This document shows positions 54,725 to 64,000 of a stretch of DNA of 64,000 nt, in pieces; positions within the stretch are counted from its first letter, which is position 1; each line of letters opens with the position of its first letter. This DNA is from an uncultured Candidatus Saccharibacteria bacterium (lineage in GTDB: Bacteria > Patescibacteriota > Minisyncoccia > Phycocordibacterales > UBA9973), in NCBI GenBank assembly GCA_964404925.1, contig CAYOLW010000001.1, positions 2,106 through 66,105 on the forward strand, in the 5' to 3' direction. The position numbers and the translations under genes are program-made. The notes beneath the pieces were generated by a model. The model had not been told where the DNA came from. It made no database searches and was given only the letters and a program-made list of their open reading frames with translations.

Positions 54725-55288
54725 ATGTCTAAAATTTCAACAACGTTAGCCGTTTCTCTCATGGTTGTTACTGGCGTACTGGGGGGAGTAGTAGGATACG
54801 CCAACACTCCAGAATATAAATCTAGCATGTATGATAAAACAACCATGGATCTGGGTCGGGCAGATAGAACCCTTGACCTTCGGTATATTAATGCAATGGT
54901 TGCTCACCATAGAGGGGCGATGCTTTTAGCAGAGCAAGTATTAACACAAACCGAGCGTCCAGAAATGAAAGGACTTGCAGAGATGATTTTAAAAGACGAA
55001 CCAGCGGCAATCGACGAACTTTATCGATGGAAGGCAGATTGGTATAAAGATACCCGCAAGGTAAAAGATTCTGTGGTGTCGAATCTCGGAACATACGATG
55101 AAAAATTCGACCTCCGTTTCCTTAACGCTCTCATTGCACACCATGAAGCGGGCTTGTTAATGACCAGTGAAGTAAAGGCTAAGTCCAGCAGGAATGAGAT
55201 TTTAAATAACGCAGATGCAGTAGATGCATTCTTGACGACAACATCAAAGGTTTTAAAAGATTGGAGGGCAGAGTGGTATAACATCTAA
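54725..55288 (+). CDS. DUF305 (CopM-like) ferritin-like metal-binding exported protein
   Basis: Two repeats, [16 protein letters not shown] and [13 protein letters not shown]. Confidence 0.85.
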   Translation: MSKISTTLAVSLMVVTGVLGGVVGYANTPEYKSSMYDKTTMDLGRADRTLDLRYINAMVAHHRGAMLLAEQVLTQTERPEMKGLAEMILKDEPAAIDELYRWKADWYKDTRKVKDSVVSNLGTYDEKFDLRFLNALIAHHEAGLLMTSEVKAKSSRNEILNNADAVDAFLTTTSKVLKDWRAEWYNI

Positions 55289-55302
55289 CACAAAATTTTT
55301 AT

Positions 55303-57573
55303 ATGGCTAACAAAATACTAAAAATTAAAGGAATGCATTGTGCAAGTTGTGCCGCTATCATCACCAACAAAGTTTCAAAGCTGCCAGGAGTAGATAGTAT
55401 CAATGTTAATCCCGCAACAGAAAAAGCGATGGTGTCTTTTAACGCAGAGGTGGTTTCTGTGCCTCAAATGAATAGTGAGATTGAGAAACTTGGGTATGCA
55501 TTTCTTGATGAAGACGAATCAAAAACAATAGAAGACCACAGTATGCATACAGGGATGAACCAATCCAAAGATGAAAAGATGAAAGAATTACTGGACATGA
55601 AAACAAAGACCCAATTTGTTCTGCCCGTCGCCCTCCTCGTTTTTGTTCTTATGATGTGGGACATTGGTGCCAAGTTGGTCACTTCCATCCCAAACATTCC
55701 TTTACCAATGTCTATCTTCAACACCATTTCTATGGTGCTTGCGAGTATTGTAATTTTTTGGATTGGGCAACCTTTTTTGAAAGGAGTAGTGAGGTTTTTT
55801 AAGTATCGTGTTGCTAACATGGATACCTTGATAGGTATTGGAACTCTTGTTGCGTATCTTTATAGTATTAGCATTACATTATTTCCGCAGATTAGAATCG
55901 CTTTAAATCTTCCGGAATTTACATATTTTGATGTTACTATCGTTGTTATTGGTTTTGTAATGCTCGGCAAATACTTGGAAGCACGATCAAAACTTCGTAC
56001 CGGGGAAGCGATAGAAAAACTTCTGGGCCTTCAGGCAAAAACAGCATTACTCTGGCGCGATGGCGTAGAGGTTGAAGTTCCTGTAAATGAAGTGCAAATA
56101 GGAGACACTCTTATTGTAAAGCCAGGGTCAAAAATACCGGTTGACGGAGTTATTGTTGAAGGATACTCATCTCTCGATGAGTCTATGATTACAGGAGAAT
56201 CCATTCCTGTAGATAAAAAAGTAGGGGACTTGGTGGTGGGGGCAACAATTAATAAACAAGGCAATTTCAAATTTAAAGCTACAAAAGTTGGGTCTGATAC
56301 CGTGCTTGCTCAGATAATAAAAATGGTGGAAGAAGCACAGGGTTCCCGTGCCCCTATTCAGGCTTTAGCTGATAAAATATCTAGTGTATTTGTACCAGTT
56401 GTCCTGGTTATAGCAATACTGGCACTAGTCACTTGGCTTACTATTGGTGCGTCGTTTCTAGGATTCTCGAGTGCTCTTTCTTACGGCATCCTTTCTTTTG
56501 TCGGTGTTTTAGTCATTGCTTGTCCTTGTGCATTAGGACTTGCTACTCCAACCGCGATTATTGTTGGAGTGGGTAAAGGGGCAGAATACGGCATCCTTAT
56601 TCGAAACGCTGAAGCGCTAGAGAAGCTCAGTCACGTAGATACTATAGTGCTTGATAAGACAGGAACAATTACCAAAGGGAAACCAGAAGTTACAGATGTC
56701 ATCTCTCTTGATTCTGGATGGACAGAAAAAGACTTGCTTCTTGTAAGTGCAAGTATAGAAAAACTTTCAGAGCATCCTCTGGCAGACGCTGTTGTTGCTA
56801 AAGCCAAAGAGCAAAAAATTGAACTTGAAACAGTTGCAAATTTTCAAGCCTTTGAAGGGGTTGGGGTAGAAGGTACGATCAATAATAAGCATATATCAAT
56901 CCATAAACCATCCGGAGATAATTCAAAAGAAAGCAAGATTAAGTATCTGCAAGAGCAAGGAAAAACTGTTGTGATTGTAGAAGTTGATAAAAAACAGATT
57001 GGGCTTATTGCGCTTTCAGATACATTAAAGGAAGAGTCAAAAGAGGCCATTGTGAAACTTCATGCTAGAAATATTAAAGTAATAATGTTGACTGGTGATA
57101 ACCATTTAGCAGCAAATTACATTGCAAAACTTGCAGGCATTGATGAGGTCATTGCAGAGGTAATGTCACAAGAAAAGAGTGGCAAAATAAAGGAATTACA
57201 AGACAAGGGTGCTATTGTGGCAATGGTTGGTGACGGCATCAACGATGCCCCAGCGCTGGTACAAGCCGATGTGGGTATAGCTATGGGCACTGGCACAGAC
57301 GTAGCCATAGAGTCCGCAGGAATAACCCTCCTGGGTGGTGATGTTTCAAAAATCGCCAAGACGATAAAGTTGTCCAAGATTACCATGAGGGGAATAAAAC
57401 AAAACCTGTTCTGGGCCTTCGTTTTCAATGTTGTTGGCATACCACTTGCAGCCGGGCTATTCTATCCTATTTTTGGCTGGTTCTTGTCTCCAGTTTTTGC
57501 AGGGATGGCTATGGCGATGTCTTCCGTATCTGTGGTTGGAAACTCTCTTAGAATTAAAAGTATTAAATTATAA
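55303..57573 (+). CDS. copA: P1B-type copper-exporting ATPase
   Basis: [50 protein letters not shown]. Confidence 0.95.
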   Translation: MANKILKIKGMHCASCAAIITNKVSKLPGVDSINVNPATEKAMVSFNAEVVSVPQMNSEIEKLGYAFLDEDESKTIEDHSMHTGMNQSKDEKMKELLDMKTKTQFVLPVALLVFVLMMWDIGAKLVTSIPNIPLPMSIFNTISMVLASIVIFWIGQPFLKGVVRFFKYRVANMDTLIGIGTLVAYLYSISITLFPQIRIALNLPEFTYFDVTIVVIGFVMLGKYLEARSKLRTGEAIEKLLGLQAKTALLWRDGVEVEVPVNEVQIGDTLIVKPGSKIPVDGVIVEGYSSLDESMITGESIPVDKKVGDLVVGATINKQGNFKFKATKVGSDTVLAQIIKMVEEAQGSRAPIQALADKISSVFVPVVLVIAILALVTWLTIGASFLGFSSALSYGILSFVGVLVIACPCALGLATPTAIIVGVGKGAEYGILIRNAEALEKLSHVDTIVLDKTGTITKGKPEVTDVISLDSGWTEKDLLLVSASIEKLSEHPLADAVVAKAKEQKIELETVANFQAFEGVGVEGTINNKHISIHKPSGDNSKESKIKYLQEQGKTVVIVEVDKKQIGLIALSDTLKEESKEAIVKLHARNIKVIMLTGDNHLAANYIAKLAGIDEVIAEVMSQEKSGKIKELQDKGAIVAMVGDGINDAPALVQADVGIAMGTGTDVAIESAGITLLGGDVSKIAKTIKLSKITMRGIKQNLFWAFVFNVVGIPLAAGLFYPIFGWFLSPVFAGMAMAMSSVSVVGNSLRIKSIKL

Positions 57574-57576
57574 TTT

Positions 57577-58590
57577 ATGCAAAAATATACATTTCATGTT
57601 TCGGGTACACATTGTGCATCGTGCAAAATCTTGATTGAAGATGTTTTGAAAGAGCAGGATATTGTTCAAACCGCAGAAGTAAATTTGAAGAATCAAACAG
57701 TTTCAGTAGAAAGTTCTCAGGATGTAGCCGAAGAAGAGCTAGCACAAACTTTAACCGAGAAAATAAAACCTCATGGTTATACTTTATCTGTTGAAAAAGT
57801 AATTCAAGAAAAACAAAGCATTGATGTTATTTGGACTGCGATACCCATTGGACTTCTTTTTCTGGCCTTGTTTTTTGTATTACAGAAGTCTGGGGTTTTA
57901 AATTTAGGATTTGGTAGTACAGTTACTCCAGTTACTAGTTTCTTTATCGGACTCATTGCTTCAGTGTCTTCGTGTTTGGCTGTTGTAGGCGGACTGGTTC
58001 TTTCACTTTCTGCCAAGGTTTCCGAAGACGGGGATAATACGATAGATAAAAAGAATTTTACCCTTTTCCATGTCGGTAGAATCGCAAGTTTTGCACTACT
58101 TGGTGGTGTGCTCGGATCAGTCGGGGGAGTGTTAGGGGTTAACTTTATATTTACTGCAATACTCGGAATTCTCGCTTCAGTTATCATGCTTCTCTTAGGG
58201 CTCAATCTTGTAGGAATTTTCGCCAGGAATAAAGTTACACTGCCTGCAGGACTTTTTAACTTTTTTAGGAAAATAGAACACAAGACTTTGACTCCACTTA
58301 TCATTGGTTTTGCTACATTCTTTCTCCCGTGTGGCTTCACTCAATCAATGCAGGTAGTAGCACTTTCTAGTGGGTCATTTGTATCGGGAATGTTAATCAT
58401 GCTCACCTTCTCACTTGGCACGTTGCCTGTGCTGGCGTTGCTTTCTTTTGGTTCGGCTTCTTTCGCACACTCTCGTTACGCACCACTTTTCTTCAAGTCT
58501 GCTGGGGTAGTAGTGATCGGACTTGGACTTTTCGCACTTCTTTCTGGACTTGCCGGACTAGGTATTATTCCGCCGTTGTTTAATATATAG
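57577..58590 (+). CDS. HMA domain + DsbD_2/TauE-like membrane protein
   Basis: GTHCASC; SSCLAVVGG, FHVGRIASF, FLPCGFTQ. Confidence 0.85.
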   Translation: MQKYTFHVSGTHCASCKILIEDVLKEQDIVQTAEVNLKNQTVSVESSQDVAEEELAQTLTEKIKPHGYTLSVEKVIQEKQSIDVIWTAIPIGLLFLALFFVLQKSGVLNLGFGSTVTPVTSFFIGLIASVSSCLAVVGGLVLSLSAKVSEDGDNTIDKKNFTLFHVGRIASFALLGGVLGSVGGVLGVNFIFTAILGILASVIMLLLGLNLVGIFARNKVTLPAGLFNFFRKIEHKTLTPLIIGFATFFLPCGFTQSMQVVALSSGSFVSGMLIMLTFSLGTLPVLALLSFGSASFAHSRYAPLFFKSAGVVVIGLGLFALLSGLAGLGIIPPLFNI

Positions 58591-58594
58591 TAAG

Positions 58595-59029
58595 ATGAAA
58601 CAACCAATGCAAAGTTCAAAAAATACAAAAGAAGACAAAAAAATAACAAGATCTGTTCTGATCGTAATCGCAGTTCTGTTTTTTGTAGGGCTTGGTTTTG
58701 TGGTTTCAAGTGGCCCAAAAAATTCAAACTCAGGCAGCGTAGTGGAAAATGTAGCAATAAAAGACGGTGTGCAGTATGTGACCATTAATGCTAAAGGAGG
58801 GTATTTGCCAAGAGTTTCAAGCGCCAAGGCAGATATACCAACAAAGTTAATTATGAATACCACTGGTACCTTTGACTGCTCAGCTTCTCTTACTATTCCA
58901 AAACTCGGGATTAGAAAAATGCTACCCCCTAATGGCGAGGAGATAATAGATTTAGGTATTCCAAAGGTTGGTACCTTAGATGGGTTGTGTAGTATGGGGA
59001 TGTACAGTTTCTCGATCGACTTCAAATAG
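58595..59029 (+). CDS. membrane-anchored cupredoxin-like protein
   Basis: TM helix, GGYLPR, FDCS, CSMGMY. Confidence 0.85.
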   Translation: MKQPMQSSKNTKEDKKITRSVLIVIAVLFFVGLGFVVSSGPKNSNSGSVVENVAIKDGVQYVTINAKGGYLPRVSSAKADIPTKLIMNTTGTFDCSASLTIPKLGIRKMLPPNGEEIIDLGIPKVGTLDGLCSMGMYSFSIDFK

Positions 59030-59077
59030 TCTAAGTTAAATTTAAATCGTATTCTCAATAGAGGCCAAAAATAGATA

Positions 59078-59554
59078 CTAGAAACCTATTGCGTTCATTA
59101 TCTTTTCGGTTGGGTGTTCAGCCATTTCTTCTTCTTCAACACCAGCATCTAAAAAGATTGCTTGGATGTCTTCTGCTTGTTCGTTTTCTATTGGTATGGA
59201 TAAATAATGAGCAAACATCTTTTTTGTTTTTAAAAATAGCATGGGTGTTGCGTCGTTCTTTACCCAAAAGGTTAGTATTTCGTTATGAGAGAAAAATGTT
59301 TTATCAACCAGGAGACCTTTTTCGTTTAATTCATATCTGGTTATTCCAGGATGTTTCCCAGCTAAATAACCCATCATTAATCCACCTAACACTAAAAATA
59401 TAGCAAAGAAATAATTTTCATAAATTATTGAGGCGATTGAGCCACAAATGACTATAACGCCAAGTGCCCAATACCAGTCATTGGTTTTTTCTTGGTGGAT
59501 ATATTCAGGTTTGTCCCACACGACTATATCTGTATTTTCTGTAGAATTAATCAC
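59078..59554 (-). CDS. two-TM hypothetical protein with PH-like C-terminal domain
   Basis: WDKPEYIHQEKTNDWYW, two TM helices, YELNEKGLLVD. Confidence 0.65.
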   Translation of the reverse strand: MINSTENTDIVVWDKPEYIHQEKTNDWYWALGVIVICGSIASIIYENYFFAIFLVLGGLMMGYLAGKHPGITRYELNEKGLLVDKTFFSHNEILTFWVKNDATPMLFLKTKKMFAHYLSIPIENEQAEDIQAIFLDAGVEEEEMAEHPTEKIMNAIGF

Positions 59555-59624
59555 CTGTGTATTATATCAAACCCACCCAAAAAGTGTCTATTATTTTTAT
59601 TAGCCTTTAGTGTATAATGCGGCT

Positions 59625-61262
59625 ATGGAGAAAAAAAATGCGTCAGAAGTTTTCGTCGAATGTTTAGAAAATGAAGGGGTGGAGTATGTTTTCGGAGTCC
59701 CTGGTGAAGAGAACCTGACATTTCTAGAAGCATTACGCAAATCTAAAATTAAATTTATTACTACCAGGCATGAACAGGGTGCGGTATTTATGGCGGCAAC
59801 TTTTGGGCGGCTGACCGGCAAGGTTGGTGTAGCTATGTCGACCTTGGGGCCCGGGGCTACTAATCTTTTTACTGGGGTGGCTTATGCATATCTAGGTGGT
59901 ATGCCGCTACTTGTAATAACAGGACAGAAGCCAATAAAAAACAGTAAGCAAGGAAAATTTCAAATAATCAATGTGGTAAAAATGTTAAACCCAGTTACCA
60001 AATACGCGGAAACTATTATATCAGGTAACCGTGTTCCTGGAATGGTAACCGAGGCTATCAGTTTGGCAGAAAGCGAGAGACCTGGTCCAGTGCACCTTGA
60101 ATTACCAGAAGACATCGCTGAGGAGGGGTGCGATGCTACACCGATAAATTTCTATAAAGTTAGAAGGCCTATCGCTGATGATAAAGCAATTGATTTAGCT
60201 ATGTCTGAAATAGAAAATGCCAAGAGTCCAATTATCGTTATTGCCTCAGGCGGCAACAGAAAACTTGTTCGCAAACAACTAAAGAACTTTATCGACAAAA
60301 CGGGCATACCTTATGTGGCTACTCAAATGGGCAAAGGAGTAGAAGATGAATTTTCACAATTCTATATTGGAACTACGGCTCTGTCTGCTGGAGATTATAT
60401 ACACGAAGCATTGAATGCTGCTGACTTAATAATATCGATTGGTCATGATGTTAGTGAAAAACCACCGATAGTTCTCGACGGTAAAAAACACAAAACAATC
60501 CATATTAATTTTTACCCAGCATCAATCGATGAAGTGTATGTACCTAGCCTGGAGGTGGTGGGTGATATATCCCACACACTGTGGGCATTTTCTGAAAAAA
60601 TAAAAGTAAATCCAGATTGGGATTTCAGAAAGTTCTTTGCTGTTAGAGACACCATTAATGACGATATTGTTAAATTTTCTACAGACAACAGTTTCCCTAT
60701 GCGACCCGAGAGGATTGTAGCAGACGTACAAAAAGTTTTACCAGCTGATGGAATGCTGGCGCTGGATAATGGTATGTATAAAATATGGTTTGCCAGGAAT
60801 TTTAAAGCTCGAGAACAAAATAGCCTTCTACTTGATAATGCATTAGCGACTATGGGTGCGGGCCTGCCTGCTGGTATCGTTGCCAAAATGATTAATAAAG
60901 ACAAGAAAGTTTTAGTAGTGGCTGGAGACGGTGGTTTTATGATGAATGTAGCTGAACTTGAAACAGCAGTTAGGCTTAAGCTAGATTTAGTAGTGCTTAT
61001 TCTAAACGATTCAGGTTACGGAATGATCCGGTGGAAGCAAGGTAATATGCGTTTACCAGAATTTGGCCTTGATTTTAGTAATCCTGATTTTGTAAAACTA
61101 GCTGAATCATTTAGGGCACATGGATATCGAATCAGCAAAGCAGAAGATTTAGCGAGTACACTAGAAAATGCTTTTTCCCAAAGTGGAGTTTCTGTAATCG
61201 ATTGTCCAATTGATTACAAAGTAGCTAATGAATCATTAGACGCTATAAAAAATAAAAAATAA
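59625..61262 (+). CDS. acetolactate synthase-like ThDP-dependent enzyme
   Basis: FGVPGEEN, TRHEQGA, TLGPGATN, GPVHLELPED, GDGGFMMN...LND; start placed 6 nt after TATAAT. Confidence 0.9.
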   Translation: MEKKNASEVFVECLENEGVEYVFGVPGEENLTFLEALRKSKIKFITTRHEQGAVFMAATFGRLTGKVGVAMSTLGPGATNLFTGVAYAYLGGMPLLVITGQKPIKNSKQGKFQIINVVKMLNPVTKYAETIISGNRVPGMVTEAISLAESERPGPVHLELPEDIAEEGCDATPINFYKVRRPIADDKAIDLAMSEIENAKSPIIVIASGGNRKLVRKQLKNFIDKTGIPYVATQMGKGVEDEFSQFYIGTTALSAGDYIHEALNAADLIISIGHDVSEKPPIVLDGKKHKTIHINFYPASIDEVYVPSLEVVGDISHTLWAFSEKIKVNPDWDFRKFFAVRDTINDDIVKFSTDNSFPMRPERIVADVQKVLPADGMLALDNGMYKIWFARNFKAREQNSLLLDNALATMGAGLPAGIVAKMINKDKKVLVVAGDGGFMMNVAELETAVRLKLDLVVLILNDSGYGMIRWKQGNMRLPEFGLDFSNPDFVKLAESFRAHGYRISKAEDLASTLENAFSQSGVSVIDCPIDYKVANESLDAIKNKK

Positions 61263-61263
61263 T

Positions 61264-62628
61264 ATGCCAATACAAACTAAAAATCCATATACGGAAAAGG
61301 TTGAAAAAACCTTTAAATCACTTAGTCACAAGCAAATTCATGCCGGGGTTAAAAAAGCCGAAAAAGCATATGAATCTTGGAGAGATATTCCATTAAAGAA
61401 GAGGGTGCAGTATGTGAAAAAGATTGCAAAAGTTTTAAGGAAAAACAAAGAAGTATATGCAGAGATAATTACCCGTGAAGTTGGCAAACCCATAACTCAG
61501 TCAATCGCTGAAATAGAAAAATCTGCCTGGAATGCAGAATATATTGCTGAAAATGGACCCAAATTTTTAGCTGATGAGCATATAAAAACTGAAGCTTTAG
61601 AAAGCTTTGTGCGGTATGAGTCGCTCGGGGTTGTGTTGGCAGTCATGCCTTGGAATTTTCCAATGTGGCAAGTGTTTCGTTTTGCCTCTTTGGCACTACT
61701 TGCAGGTAATGCCTGTATTTTGAAACATGCTTCTAATGTGCCCCAGACTGCTTTGCTCATAGAGAGGATAATCCTTGAAGCTGGAATTCCAAGGGATACC
61801 TTTCAAAGTTTATTTATAGAATCTCGTGACATTGAAGAAGTTATTAAGCAAGATTCTGTGCAGATAGTAATACTCACAGGCGGTGAGAAGGCAGGCAGTG
61901 AAGTAGGGGCTTTGGCTGGTAAATATATTAAAAAAAGTGTGCTTGAACTCGGAGGTGCTGACCCGTACATAATACTTAAAGACGCAGATTTAGAAAAAGC
62001 AGTAAAAGAGGGAGTGAAGGCCCGAATGTTAAATGCCGGACAGGTATGTATATCTCCGAAGAGGTTTATTATAGAAGAGAAAGTTTATGATAAAGTTCGT
62101 GATTTATTCATTCGCGAATTAGATATGGTTAAAGTAGGAAATCCAATAGATAAAGAAACCACGTTAGGTCCTCTAGCCAGAGAAGATTCTAGAGAAGAGT
62201 TGAATGATCAGATACAACGTGCAATCAAAAAAGGTGCAAGAATAGTGCGTGGAGGTAAAAAGATTCCAGGCACTGGATATTTCTATGAGCCGACGCTACT
62301 CGACAATATTACAAAAAATAATCCTGCATTTACAGAAGAACTTTTTGGTCCGGTTGTTTGTCTTGTGAAAGCAAAAGATTGGAAAGACGCAGTGATTTTA
62401 GCCAATGATCACATCTATGGACTTGCTGGTTCTGTGTGGGGAAAGAATGATAAAATCATAAGAGAAATTGCTGACAAGCTTGTTGTGGGAACTGTGTCTG
62501 TGAACAGTATTGTTGTATCAGATCCAAGGCTTCCTTTGGGTGGCGCCAAGCGTTCAGGTTATGGGCGTGAAATGGCTTCGCACGGTATTCGGGAGTTTAC
62601 TAATATAAAAACTATTGTAATTAAATAA
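61264..62628 (+). CDS. NAD(P)-dependent succinate-semialdehyde dehydrogenase-like aldehyde dehydrogenase
   Basis: VMPWNFPMWQVFRFA, LKHASNVP, LELGGADP, NAGQVCIS, EELFGPV, SGYGRE. Confidence 0.9.
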   Translation: MPIQTKNPYTEKVEKTFKSLSHKQIHAGVKKAEKAYESWRDIPLKKRVQYVKKIAKVLRKNKEVYAEIITREVGKPITQSIAEIEKSAWNAEYIAENGPKFLADEHIKTEALESFVRYESLGVVLAVMPWNFPMWQVFRFASLALLAGNACILKHASNVPQTALLIERIILEAGIPRDTFQSLFIESRDIEEVIKQDSVQIVILTGGEKAGSEVGALAGKYIKKSVLELGGADPYIILKDADLEKAVKEGVKARMLNAGQVCISPKRFIIEEKVYDKVRDLFIRELDMVKVGNPIDKETTLGPLAREDSREELNDQIQRAIKKGARIVRGGKKIPGTGYFYEPTLLDNITKNNPAFTEELFGPVVCLVKAKDWKDAVILANDHIYGLAGSVWGKNDKIIREIADKLVVGTVSVNSIVVSDPRLPLGGAKRSGYGREMASHGIREFTNIKTIVIK

Positions 62629-62642
62629 TATTGAATAATTTT

Positions 62643-62670
62643 AGCCCTTCTATTTATGGAGGGCTTGTTT
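62643..62670 (+). terminator. intrinsic terminator
   Basis: AGCCCTTC-loop-GGAGGGCT followed by TGTTT. Confidence 0.6.
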
Positions 62671-62761
62671 GTAATTATAATCTGTTCGAATCGGCATCAG
62701 TCGTATGAGAAGTCGAACTCAGATTATTATCTCAAATTATTAAAATAAATATATAAATTTT

Positions 62762-63427
62762 ATGAAAACAAATAAGAAAGTTCTGATAGTTGGTGTTTTT
62801 GCTTTAGCGTTTGCCTTTACTGTTTCTCCTAGTTTAGTATCAGCAGATTTTTCTCAAATAAGCGGATCAAGCACTATGACAGTTGGCTCAAGAGGGGAAA
62901 ATGTTCGAAGCCTGCAGAAGTTTATTAGTTCTAATGTAGATATGTATCCTTCTGGTGTTCAAGATGGAAACTTTGGTCTACAAACTAAAAATGGTGTTAT
63001 CCAGTTTCAACTTGCATACAATCTAGCAGCCGACGGTATTGTTGGAACCAGTACTCGCAACAAGATAAATACTGTTATTACTGCTGGTAGGGGTATTGAT
63101 GTGTCTGGTCCTATGATAAATAATTTAGCGGTTACTATATCTGGCCGAAATGCTACTATATCATTTAATACTAATGAACCTGTGAAGACAACAGCCTTTT
63201 TCGATACTAACTCTATTAATTGGAGCAATTGGGATGATTCAGTTACATCACTTGCAATACCAGCAATATCTGGAATGCAAAACACTGATTCAAATTTTAG
63301 TACATCTAAGCAGATAGTTTTAACTAATCTTTCTGCAAATACAAACTATAATTATACAGTTACTGCAACTGACCCAAGTGGAAATATCTCAGTAGTGTGG
63401 CCAAAGGTGTTTAGAACAGCACAGTAA
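62762..63427 (+). CDS. exported peptidoglycan-binding domain + FN3-like protein
   Basis: Signal peptide; GSRGENVRSLQKF...DGNFGLQTKNGVIQFQ...DGIVGTSTR; LSANTNYNYTVTATDPSGN. Confidence 0.85.
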   Translation: MKTNKKVLIVGVFALAFAFTVSPSLVSADFSQISGSSTMTVGSRGENVRSLQKFISSNVDMYPSGVQDGNFGLQTKNGVIQFQLAYNLAADGIVGTSTRNKINTVITAGRGIDVSGPMINNLAVTISGRNATISFNTNEPVKTTAFFDTNSINWSNWDDSVTSLAIPAISGMQNTDSNFSTSKQIVLTNLSANTNYNYTVTATDPSGNISVVWPKVFRTAQ

Positions 63428-63432
63428 AGTGT

Positions 63433-63483
63433 TAAGCCATAAATAAAAAACCACTTTAAAAGTGGTTTTTTATTTATGGCTTA
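63433..63483. terminator. long bidirectional terminator between convergent genes
   Basis: TAAGCCATAAATAAAAAACCACTT-TAA-AAGTGGTTTTTTATTTATGGCTTA; overlaps the sigma factor stop codon. Confidence 0.8.
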
Positions 63484-63989
63484 TAAAGCAACTTTAGCTT
63501 TTCGAGCCCACGATGTAATTGTACTGCTAAATAGTTTTTTGAGTGGCCAGTAATAAGTGACATTTCTTCAAGAGATAAATCTTGTACATGCCGCATTCGC
63601 ATAATCTTGCGGTACGCTATTGGTAATTTACTGATTAATAAAACAGCAGCTTTGCCATCTAAAATATGTAACATTCTATTAGAAGTGTTTTCGCTCGGCT
63701 CAAACCCTTTTTCTAGCAAAGAGTCCAAAGATACTGCCTTATGTTTTCTATACTGATCAATTATCAGAGCATTTAATACGTGAAATAGAAATGATTTCAT
63801 CGTTTCTATTTTTCCAACTTTTACCAAGTATTTCCATGTTTTAAGGAAGGTATCTTGAACTAAATCATCACTTACTGCATGATCGCCAGTTTTAAAAAAT
63901 GCTCGGGCATTCAGGCCTCTCCCATAGTCCTTGTGTGCTAGAGATATTATGGCTTGCCGCAAGATTCTTTGTTTTGGAGTCATGGTCAT
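63474..63989 (-). CDS. ECF-type sigma70 factor
   Basis: Region 2 DDLVQDTFLKTW...FLFHVLNALIIDQYRK; region 4 LPIAYRKIMRMRHVQDLSLEEMS...LHRGLEKLK. Confidence 0.88.
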   Translation of the reverse strand: MTMTPKQRILRQAIISLAHKDYGRGLNARAFFKTGDHAVSDDLVQDTFLKTWKYLVKVGKIETMKSFLFHVLNALIIDQYRKHKAVSLDSLLEKGFEPSENTSNRMLHILDGKAAVLLISKLPIAYRKIMRMRHVQDLSLEEMSLITGHSKNYLAVQLHRGLEKLKLLYKP

Positions 63990-64000
63990 GTGATTAAGCC

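Noticed and set aside
59030-59077. attR copy of the tRNA-Arg 3' end closing the copper island
   Set aside because: Only GAGGCCAAAA vs GAGGGCACCAAAA; too short and gapped to support.
470-63285. Many antisense or overlapping ORFs in the six-frame track (e.g. 601-1077, 12873-13442, 17523-18131, 57804-58340)
   Set aside because: They shadow well-supported genes on the other strand or frame and show no recognisable motifs.
1-64000. Alternative genetic code (UGA=Gly, as in Gracilibacteria)
   Set aside because: Conserved genes are full length under code 11 with no internal TGA, and TGA ends ORFs at 29418 and 41937.

Overview
AT-rich bacterial chromosome segment spanning the replication origin (rpmH-dnaA-oriC-dnaN). 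Gene content points to Patescibacteria/CPR, probably Parcubacteria (inference): a monoderm-type PrgI/VirB4/VirB6 T4SS with pilin fusion, short HolA and UvrC, and few Shine-Dalgarno sites. TGA is used as stop. Left of oriC lie pcrA, rsmA, an ~18-kb T4SS/surface-protein locus and jag-yidC-yidD-rnpA-rpmH. Right of oriC lie a class A PBP, ruvC/B/A, LOG, a PilB/GspE ATPase, polA, a membrane-anchored lysozyme-like operon, holA, uvrB/A/C, mutM, rpsT, two tRNAs, a CsoR-controlled copper island, a ThDP enzyme + SSADH pair and an ECF sigma factor. The main unexplained signal is a set of dispersed structured elements. Four 102-110 bp hairpin elements share one scaffold and keep their pairing through many compensatory changes; two are translated in frame inside pcrA and polA and two are intergenic. 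In addition, 13-mer REP-like palindromes sit in frame in uvrA and uvrC. Also present are an unassigned ~160-nt structured RNA with its own promoter and terminator, and a pervasive leaderless promoter layout (-10 box 6-7 nt before the start codon). All calls come from reading motifs by eye; no database search was run.
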